A DNA stretch of 64,000 bases, taken from a virus. Where the stretch lies: positions 95,469 to 159,468 of the IMG/VR virus record IMGVR_UViG_3300045988_126619; one strand, 5' to 3'. The first letter of the stretch is position 1; each line of letters begins with the position of its first letter. Both the position numbers and the translations under genes were made by a program. The notes below the pieces were generated by a model. That model was not told where the DNA came from. It worked only from the letters and a program-made list of their open reading frames with translations, and searched no databases. Of the stretch, positions 15,887 through 22,746 are shown piece after piece.

Positions 15887-18070
15887 ATGAGAACATTAGT
15901 TTTACTTAGAGGAAGTGCAGGATGTGGCAAATCAACATTTATTAAGGAGCATAAGTTAGAGGACTATACGTTGTCCTCTGACAGTTTTAGATTATTATAT
16001 AGTTCACCTATATTAATGAATGATGGAACACAATCAATTAGTGGAAAACATGAGAAAAAGACATGGGAAACATTATTTAATATCCTAGAATATAGAATGG
16101 AACAAGGGTTATTTACAGTAATAGATGCTACTAATAGTAAGGTTTCTGAAATTAACAAATATAAAAAACTTGCTGAATTTTATAGATATAATATTATTGT
16201 AGTAGATTTTACAGATTTGCCAAGAGAAGAATGTAAGATTAGAAATGCAAATAGAGAACCTAGTTATAAAATAGTTCCAAATGTTGTAATAGATAAATTC
16301 TATGATAGATTTGATAAAAAGGAAAAGTTAAGTGGAGTAACAGTTATTAAACCACATGAATTTGAACAAGCTATAAGGATTACACCTATTAATGTATCTA
16401 ACTATAATGATATTCAAATCATAGGAGATATTCATGGTTGTTATGATGCACTAATGACAATGTTAGAAGGTGGACAATTAAAAGAAGATAGATTATATAT
16501 ATTCACAGGAGATTTTTGTGATAGAGGTATCCAAAATGCAGAAGTGTTAGAATATTTATTCACTATTATGAACAATGATAATGTAATTTTATTAGAAGGA
16601 AACCATGAAAGAGCCTTATGGAGATATGCAAATGATTTATATAGTCAACGAAGACAATTTGAAAAATATACAAAAGAAGAATTAATTAATAAAAATGTTT
16701 CTAAATCAAAAATTAGACATTTATATAGAAGATTAAGGCAAATGGCTTTATTAAAGTTTGATGAAAAGACATTATTTATTTGTCATGGTGGTATTACTAA
16801 TTTATCACAAGATTTACATTTGATTTCAGCAGAACAATTAATTTATGGTGTAGGTAATTATGAAGAAGTTGAAATTATTGATAATATATTTGAATTAAAC
16901 ACAAGTTCTACAACTTATCAGATACATGGACATAGAAATGTTAATAGTAAACCTATTAATATAACACCAAGATGTTTCTGTTTAGAAGATAGAGTAGAAT
17001 TTGGTGGGAATTTAAGAAGTGTAATATTTACACACTCTATAATTAAAACTGTATCAGTAAAGAATGATACATATAAAGATTCAGAATACACAGAGGATAA
17101 AGATATTGTTATAGAGCCAAACATATTAGATAGATTAAGAAGTAGTGAATTAATTAGAGAAGTTAAGTTTGGTAATATTTCATCATTCAATTTTACAAGA
17201 AAAGCTTTTAATAATAAAGAATGGAATAATGAAACAATCAAAGCGAGAGGTTTATATGTAAATACTAATACAAAAGATATAGTTATAAGAAGTTATGATA
17301 AATTCTTTAATGTTAATGAAAGAGAAGAAACACAATTACAGAACCTTTGTAAATCACTTTCTTATCCTGCTACAGCGTATGTTAAGTACAATGGATATCT
17401 TGGTCTAGTTGGTTATGATAACGAATCTGACAAGCTGTTAGTGGCTTCTAAATCACGATTGGATGGAGATTATGCAGACTGGATAAGAGAGATAATAAAT
17501 ACATGGGAAGATGATAAAATTCAATTCATGCAAGATTATGTTAAAAAGAACAAATGTACGCTAGTATTTGAAGTTATTGTTCCAGAACATGATACTCATA
17601 TGATTAAGTATGATAAGTCTGAATTAGTGCTTTTATCCATTGTCAGAAATAATATTGAATTTGAACAGCTACCATATGAAGAAGTAATCGAACTTGGACA
17701 CCGTTTAAATTTAAATTTTAAAGAGAAAGCAATTGTTTTAAATAATAAGGAAGAGTTTTTGTCATGGTATAGAGAAGTTACACAAGAAGACTATATGTAT
17801 AATGGTGAAGATATTGAAGGCTTTGTAATAGAGGATTCTAAAGGATTTATGACAAAAATTAAGTGTAGTTATTATACATTTTGGAAACATATGCGAGCAT
17901 TAGTGGGAAGATATAAAAAACAAGGATATTATATGGATACTTCCAATTTAAATGATAGAGCATTATTATTCTTAGAATTTTTAAAGACATTACCAAAAGA
18001 ACAATTGGAATATGATATCATTACATTAAGAGATATGTTTTACAATTATGTTATTAATAAATTTTTTTAA
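15887..18070 (+). CDS. trifunctional RNA-repair enzyme (polynucleotide kinase / metallophosphatase / RNA-ligase-type adenylyltransferase), bacterial Pnkp-like
   Basis: 727 aa. The kinase has the P-loop GSAGCGKST. The phosphoesterase has GDIHGC, GDFCDRG and GNHE. The nucleotidyltransferase has motifs I KYNGYLG, III LVFEVI, IV IEGFVIED and V MTKIK. Confidence 0.75.
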   Translation: MRTLVLLRGSAGCGKSTFIKEHKLEDYTLSSDSFRLLYSSPILMNDGTQSISGKHEKKTWETLFNILEYRMEQGLFTVIDATNSKVSEINKYKKLAEFYRYNIIVVDFTDLPREECKIRNANREPSYKIVPNVVIDKFYDRFDKKEKLSGVTVIKPHEFEQAIRITPINVSNYNDIQIIGDIHGCYDALMTMLEGGQLKEDRLYIFTGDFCDRGIQNAEVLEYLFTIMNNDNVILLEGNHERALWRYANDLYSQRRQFEKYTKEELINKNVSKSKIRHLYRRLRQMALLKFDEKTLFICHGGITNLSQDLHLISAEQLIYGVGNYEEVEIIDNIFELNTSSTTYQIHGHRNVNSKPINITPRCFCLEDRVEFGGNLRSVIFTHSIIKTVSVKNDTYKDSEYTEDKDIVIEPNILDRLRSSELIREVKFGNISSFNFTRKAFNNKEWNNETIKARGLYVNTNTKDIVIRSYDKFFNVNEREETQLQNLCKSLSYPATAYVKYNGYLGLVGYDNESDKLLVASKSRLDGDYADWIREIINTWEDDKIQFMQDYVKKNKCTLVFEVIVPEHDTHMIKYDKSELVLLSIVRNNIEFEQLPYEEVIELGHRLNLNFKEKAIVLNNKEEFLSWYREVTQEDYMYNGEDIEGFVIEDSKGFMTKIKCSYYTFWKHMRALVGRYKKQGYYMDTSNLNDRALLFLEFLKTLPKEQLEYDIITLRDMFYNYVINKFF

Positions 18071-18078
18071 AAAAGGTA

Positions 18079-18107
18079 TTGACATAAAATAAATGATAGT
18101 ATATAAT
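18079..18107 (+). promoter_or_regulatory. sigma-A-type promoter with the conserved element as spacer
   Basis: TTGACA at 18079-18084, spacer TAAAATAAATGATAGTA, TATAAT at 18102-18107. Confidence 0.7.
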
Positions 18108-18131
18108 AGAATCATAAGGAAGGTGTTAAAT

Positions 18132-18311
18132 ATGATGAAAAAATTTAAAAAAGATAAGATTGTTTTAGAAGGTGGTTACGTTCCCACAAGATTTACAAAT
18201 GTAGAAGGAAGTCTTCAAGAAATTAATAGGGGTTGTGGTATTCACAAATCTAAAAAAGCTTATAAAAGAAATCTAAAACACAGAAAGAAGGAATTAGAAT
18301 ATGATTTTTAA
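18132..18311 (+). CDS. small basic protein
   Basis: 59 aa from ATG 18132, after AAGGAAGGTG. It is the first gene after the promoter at 18079-18107. Confidence 0.4.
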   Translation: MMKKFKKDKIVLEGGYVPTRFTNVEGSLQEINRGCGIHKSKKAYKRNLKHRKKELEYDF

Positions 18312-18963
18312 GAAAATTTGGCAAACAATTAAAAAGGTCTTATCATTCTTATCTCATAGAGTAGATAAATCAATTCCAGTAGAAGACCAATTAGAAATTA
18401 TGAAAAAAGACCTACTACAAAAGAAACATGATATTGAAAATAATTCTAATCTTATGCAAATAAGAGGGATGAAACAACAATATGAGCAGGAACTCAAAGA
18501 CCTAAGAAGAGAATTTGCAAATGCAAACTTTGATAAAACTATTAAATTTTTAAAAGATAATAATGATACAGAACACGCATTAGAAACACTAAAGAAAAAG
18601 AAAAGACTAGAATCAAAAATAGAAGCAACTAAGGATAGACTTAAACAAGCAAAAGAAGCTGATAGAAATATCGTTAAGAAATTAAATCTATTAGATGCTA
18701 AGATTCAAGCTACAACAGATAAGATTGAAGAATTAAAAGAAAGAAATCAATATGCAGAACAAACAAATGCTATTGCTGATTTAATGAACCAATTAAACGA
18801 TATTGATACTGGTGTAGATGTTGATGGAATTTCAGATAGAATTAAATCTATTGAAAGAGAATCTAATGGAAGACTTGATGAATTTAATAGAAGAAGTTCT
18901 GGAGAAATTGCTAGACAAGAATCTTTAGATAATGCTTTACTAGAAGAATTAAATAATTATTAA
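18301..18963 (+). CDS. PspA/IM30 (phage-shock protein A)-like coiled-coil protein
   Basis: 220 aa. An N-terminal amphipathic helix (IFKKIWQTIKKVLSFL) is followed by PVEDQLEIMKKDLLQKKHDIE and long heptad-rich helices. Size and pattern match the PspA/Vipp1 family. Confidence 0.5.
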   Translation: MIFKKIWQTIKKVLSFLSHRVDKSIPVEDQLEIMKKDLLQKKHDIENNSNLMQIRGMKQQYEQELKDLRREFANANFDKTIKFLKDNNDTEHALETLKKKKRLESKIEATKDRLKQAKEADRNIVKKLNLLDAKIQATTDKIEELKERNQYAEQTNAIADLMNQLNDIDTGVDVDGISDRIKSIERESNGRLDEFNRRSSGEIARQESLDNALLEELNNY

Positions 18964-18988
18964 TTAAATAATATACGAAAAAATAATT

Positions 18989-19012
18989 GAGGTGTAAATC
19001 ATTATACACCTC
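18989..19012 (+). terminator. stem-loop without U-tract, immediately 5' of the conserved element
   Basis: An 8-bp stem GAGGTGTA/TACACCTC after the PspA-like gene. Confidence 0.35.
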
Positions 19013-19015
19013 ACA

Positions 19016-19030
19016 CATAAAATAAATGAT
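19016..19030 (+). promoter_or_regulatory. conserved element, stand-alone copy (no -35)
   Basis: ACACATAAAATAAATGAT after the hairpin at 18989-19012, followed by AAAAGGAGA. Confidence 0.5.
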
Positions 19031-19049
19031 AAAAAGGAGAATGAAAAGT

Positions 19050-19466
19050 ATGAGATATGAAGTAGATATGAAATTAAGTGGAAAAATAGATGGAAGTGAA
19101 ATAGAACAATTATTAACAACAACTGTTGTTAGAACATTAGTTGGAGGTATGCTATTATTAAAAGATGAAGAATATATTGAAGAAAGAGGTCTAACAAAAA
19201 AAGATTTAGCTGAAATAAAAGACAAAATGGAAACTGCTAAAAAAGATTACTTAGAATTATTAGGAAATTTAGATGGAGTTACACCAGTAGGTGATAAACA
19301 AGCTAGATTTATTAGTGTAAATATGACTAATCCAACAGATATTAATTCGGTGGCACTTGTAGTTTTAAAAGGAATTACTGTATCAAATGAAGAAGAATTA
19401 TTAAAGTTTGCAGGAGCAAAGTTAATAGAAGAAGATGATATAATTTATGCTGAAACAGTATTATAG
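19050..19466 (+). CDS. acidic protein of unknown family, paralog of 21570-21992
   Basis: 138 aa from ATG 19050, after AAAAGGAGA. MRYEVDMKLSGKIDG...LLKDEEYIEE...EEELLKFAGAKLIEEDD aligns along its whole length with 21570-21992. Confidence 0.5.
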   Translation: MRYEVDMKLSGKIDGSEIEQLLTTTVVRTLVGGMLLLKDEEYIEERGLTKKDLAEIKDKMETAKKDYLELLGNLDGVTPVGDKQARFISVNMTNPTDINSVALVVLKGITVSNEEELLKFAGAKLIEEDDIIYAETVL

Positions 19467-19478
19467 GGGGTAGTTTAT

Positions 19479-20033
19479 ATGGCAGTAACATTACAAAAAA
19501 GACAGGGAATATCATTATCAAAAGGTTTCTCTAAATTAAGATTTACAGTAAATTGGGAGTATAAAGATGCAGATGTAGACATTGAAGCAATTGTTGTAGA
19601 TGATGGTATTGCTTTAATTGATGAAGACCTAGTTTTTTATGGCAATTTAAGACATCCAAGTAAATCAGTTAGACATTTAGGAGATATAAGAAATGGTGGT
19701 GGTTCTGATGGTGGAACTGAAACTATATCAATAGATTTAACTAAACTACCTAATGATAGAAATGAAATTATTCTAACAGCTTCAATAGATGGAGCAGAAT
19801 CAAACGGAAATAATTTTGGTAATATAGGTAAAGTTAGATGTGAATTAATTGATGATACAAATAGTAAATTATTAGCAACATATGATGTTGATGTTGATTT
19901 AGATATGGAAATTGCAGGAGTGTTATGTAGAATATATAGAAAAGAAGATAATCAATTTGGATATGAAACAGTTGGGCAAGCTTATCCAAGCTTAGAAAGT
20001 ATGGTAACACATTACGGAATAGTGGTGGCATAA
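19479..20033 (+). CDS. terD: TerD-family protein
   Basis: 184 aa. It has the N-terminal MAVTLQKRQGISLSKG and the Ca-binding-type loop GDIRNGGGSDGGTETISIDL typical of TerD/TerE/TerZ. Confidence 0.75.
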   Translation: MAVTLQKRQGISLSKGFSKLRFTVNWEYKDADVDIEAIVVDDGIALIDEDLVFYGNLRHPSKSVRHLGDIRNGGGSDGGTETISIDLTKLPNDRNEIILTASIDGAESNGNNFGNIGKVRCELIDDTNSKLLATYDVDVDLDMEIAGVLCRIYRKEDNQFGYETVGQAYPSLESMVTHYGIVVA

Positions 20034-20043
20034 AATAAACGAC
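20029..20043 (+). promoter_or_regulatory. conserved element, stand-alone copy (variant)
   Basis: CATAAAATAAACGAC. It contains the TerD stop (20031-20033), and its 3' end enters the hairpin at 20042-20072. Confidence 0.45.
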
Positions 20044-20072
20044 AGCAGGACTTATTATATAGGTTCTGCTGT
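20042..20072 (+). terminator. stem-loop after terD
   Basis: ACAGCAGGA pairs with TTCTGCTGT (one G-U pair), followed by ATTTAAAAA. Confidence 0.4.
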
Positions 20073-20096
20073 ATTTAAAAACGAGGAGAGAGAACT

Positions 20097-20432
20097 ATGA
20101 AGAATAAAGAAATTATTAAATTAGATGAAAATAGATGGGTATTATGGTCATATACAGAAGGAGTTATTTTGACTTGTGATTCAGAAGGAGATTTATTAGA
20201 GTATTTAGAAGATTGTAAATGTGTAGATTTAGATGTAAAGGAATTTTTAGTTAATAGTAAAATATATGGAGCAAAATTAGAATGTATTGAAGAACTTATG
20301 ACATATTCTGATAATGAAGATGATTGGGATATATTCTATAATTGGAAGAAAGAAGTGTTATGTTCTGTAGAAGATTTTGATGATTATTGCAGAGCAATAG
20401 ACAATAAATTAAATGAATTATTAGAGAGGTAA
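20097..20432 (+). CDS. hypothetical acidic protein
   Basis: 111 aa with a GAGGAGAG SD. No motif recognised. Confidence 0.45.
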   Translation: MKNKEIIKLDENRWVLWSYTEGVILTCDSEGDLLEYLEDCKCVDLDVKEFLVNSKIYGAKLECIEELMTYSDNEDDWDIFYNWKKEVLCSVEDFDDYCRAIDNKLNELLER

Positions 20433-20436
20433 TTAA

Positions 20437-20856
20437 ATGAGTTATGAAGTAACTGTAAGAGAAAGCACAATAAAAATTAAAAAAGAACTTGTTAAACAAG
20501 CTTTGGAAGATATTTGCAATCACCAAAAACAACATGGAACATTTCAATATTGCTATTTTTTTAATATTGAAGATATAAATTTTAATAATTATGGAATAGA
20601 TGATAATACATGGAGTGCAATAGATATATTTCATGATTGTCTAGGGTTGGTCTGTAAATATGAAGATGATTGTTTATTTATAAAAAGATTAAGATATGAC
20701 GGTTTAGCAGAAGAATTAGATATATTTAATGTCATAGCACCATATTGTTATGATGGGGGATATATGGAGTTTTGTGGAGAAGACGGAGAACTATTTAGAT
20801 ACACAATAAAAGATGAATCATGTATAGAACAAAGTCCTAAAATAGTTTGGGAATAA
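20437..20856 (+). CDS. hypothetical protein
   Basis: 139 aa with an AGAGAGG SD. No motif recognised. Confidence 0.45.
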   Translation: MSYEVTVRESTIKIKKELVKQALEDICNHQKQHGTFQYCYFFNIEDINFNNYGIDDNTWSAIDIFHDCLGLVCKYEDDCLFIKRLRYDGLAEELDIFNVIAPYCYDGGYMEFCGEDGELFRYTIKDESCIEQSPKIVWE

Positions 20857-20880
20857 ATAAAAAAATATTTTAAAAAAGTA

Positions 20881-20909
20881 TTGACATAAAATAAATGATA
20901 TGATATACT
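20881..20909 (+). promoter_or_regulatory. sigma-A-type promoter with the conserved element as spacer
   Basis: TTGACA at 20881-20886, spacer TAAAATAAATGATATGA, TATACT at 20904-20909. Confidence 0.65.
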
Positions 20910-20962
20910 AATATTGTAGTCAAGGGAACTACAAAATAATAAATAGAAAGAGGGATAAATAA

Positions 20963-21517
20963 ATGGCAATTCAATTATCAAAGAACAAAGGAATTAATTT
21001 AAAGAAAGGCTTGGACAAAGTAAGATTTGTTGTAAGATGGGATTCTAAAGAAGATGTAGATATCCAAGCATTAGTTTTAAAAGACGGACAATCAAGTGCT
21101 GATGAAGATTTAGTATTCTACAATCAACCAACACATCCTACAGGAGCAGTAAAACATTCTGGAGATGTAAGAGATGGTTCAAAAGTAGATGGTGATGATG
21201 AATATATTGATATTACATTATCTGCTTTACATCCACAAAAGAATCAAGTATTATTAACTGCTTCAATAGATAATGCAGTAGAAAAAGGTGTTGATTTTGG
21301 AAGTATTGGAAAAGTTACTTGTGAACTTATAAATGCTAGTAACAATGAAGTTTTAGCAACATATCAAGTTGATAAAGACTTAGACATGGAAGCTTGTGGA
21401 GTTCTTTGTGAATTAAAGAAGAGTGATAATGGAAGTTGGGATTATAAAGCTGTAGGTCAAGCTTATATGGACTTAGGAGATATGTTAACATCATATGGAT
21501 TCAATATAGCAGATTAA
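20963..21517 (+). CDS. terD: TerD-family protein
   Basis: 184 aa. It has MAIQLSKNKGINLKKG and the loop GDVRDGSKVDGDDEYIDITL, and is collinear with 19479-20033. Confidence 0.75.
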   Translation: MAIQLSKNKGINLKKGLDKVRFVVRWDSKEDVDIQALVLKDGQSSADEDLVFYNQPTHPTGAVKHSGDVRDGSKVDGDDEYIDITLSALHPQKNQVLLTASIDNAVEKGVDFGSIGKVTCELINASNNEVLATYQVDKDLDMEACGVLCELKKSDNGSWDYKAVGQAYMDLGDMLTSYGFNIAD

Positions 21518-21528
21518 TATTAATAAAA

Positions 21529-21543
21529 CATAAAATAAATGAT
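21529..21543 (+). promoter_or_regulatory. conserved element, stand-alone copy (no -35)
   Basis: CATAAAATAAATGAT, 12 nt upstream of AAAAGGAGAG. Confidence 0.5.
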
Positions 21544-21569
21544 AATAAATAAAAAGGAGAGATTTGAAT

Positions 21570-21992
21570 ATGAAATATAAAGTAGATGAAAGATTAAGTG
21601 GAACAGTAAGATTAGAAATTGGAGAAAGAATGTTTGTAGAAGATGTTTGTAAAACAATTATTGGTGGAAAAGCATTATTGGAAGATGAAGATTATATTAA
21701 AGAGCATAATGTATCAGAAGAAGATTTAAATGATGTAGCACAACAAATAGCAGAAGCTGAAAAAGCTTATTTAGCATTATTAAATGATGTAGCAGGAACA
21801 ACTGATGAAAATGAAGAAGATGCTAAAGAAGTACAAAGTATGATTAGAATGTTAGCTTTTGATTCAGAAGGAGAATTAGGACTTTTAGTATTAGAAGGAA
21901 CTAGAGCAACTAATGATGAAGAATTATTAAAATTTGTAAGTGCAAAAATAATGATAGATAATGAAGATATGTATGTTGAAATTGATGAATAA
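21570..21992 (+). CDS. acidic protein of unknown family, paralog of 19050-19466
   Basis: 140 aa from ATG 21570. It reads MKYKVDERLSGTVRL...LLEDEDYIKE...DEELLKFVSAKIMIDNED. Confidence 0.5.
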   Translation: MKYKVDERLSGTVRLEIGERMFVEDVCKTIIGGKALLEDEDYIKEHNVSEEDLNDVAQQIAEAEKAYLALLNDVAGTTDENEEDAKEVQSMIRMLAFDSEGELGLLVLEGTRATNDEELLKFVSAKIMIDNEDMYVEIDE

Positions 21993-22008
21993 AAGGAGAG
22001 ATTGAATA

Positions 22009-22665
22009 ATGGCAGTATCATTACAAAAAAGACAAGGAATATCATTAAAGAAAGATAACGGAACAAAATTAACAAAAATCACATTAGGTTTATCTTGGTG
22101 TGAAAAGAAGAAAGGAAGGACTGTAACAGAAACAGTTCCAAAGAAGGGATTCTTTAATAGATTAATTGGAGCAGTTGAAGAAGTTACAAGAACAATTCCA
22201 GTAAATACTAAAGATGTTGATTTAGATACAGCAGTTCTTGCATATAAAAGAAATGATTATAAAGGTATATGTTACTTTGGTGATAAAGATATGTATATAA
22301 GAAATAATCATATTATACACCACTATGGGGATGCACTTAGTAGCAATACAAAGTTTACAGAAAAAGATAACGAACAAATAGATATATACTTAGATAAGAT
22401 TGACACAAACATAATGGATACATTCTATCTTGTAATGAATATATTCACAAGTGGTATTGACTTTGGAGATATTGAAAATGCTAGAGTTACAGTTTATGAT
22501 GAAAAAGGTAATAGCATAGCAACATATAATCCAGTAGATGATTACAGAGGTAATAATGGAATTATAGTTGGTAAAGTTTATCACAATGGTTCTGAATGGA
22601 AATTTGAAGCGATTGGTGATGGAAAGAATGTATCAAGATTAATCGATTTTAAAAGATATTTATAA
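22009..22665 (+). CDS. divergent TerD-like protein with insertions
   Basis: 218 aa. The N-terminus MAVSLQKRQGISLKKDNG is near-identical to TerD at 19479. The Ca-loop region is degenerate (YGDALSSNTKFTEKDNEQIDIYL). Confidence 0.6.
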   Translation: MAVSLQKRQGISLKKDNGTKLTKITLGLSWCEKKKGRTVTETVPKKGFFNRLIGAVEEVTRTIPVNTKDVDLDTAVLAYKRNDYKGICYFGDKDMYIRNNHIIHHYGDALSSNTKFTEKDNEQIDIYLDKIDTNIMDTFYLVMNIFTSGIDFGDIENARVTVYDEKGNSIATYNPVDDYRGNNGIIVGKVYHNGSEWKFEAIGDGKNVSRLIDFKRYL

Positions 22666-22671
22666 TAATAA

Positions 22672-22686
22672 CATAAAATAAATGAT
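22672..22686 (+). promoter_or_regulatory. conserved element, stand-alone copy (no -35)
   Basis: CATAAAATAAATGAT. Its 3' ATGATAAGGGAT pairs with AATCCTTTATCAT (hairpin 22681-22711) ahead of the ATPase gene. Confidence 0.5.
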
Positions 22687-22746
22687 AAGGGATAATAACA
22701 ATCCTTTATCATTTAAATAAATTAATTATAAGGAGAGATAAATAAT

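Noticed and set aside
19479-22665. Labelling the TerD genes as tellurite-resistance determinants.
   Set aside because: Only the TerD domain family is supported by the sequence. TerB, TerC, TerA and TelA partners were not recognised, so I claim no tellurite phenotype.
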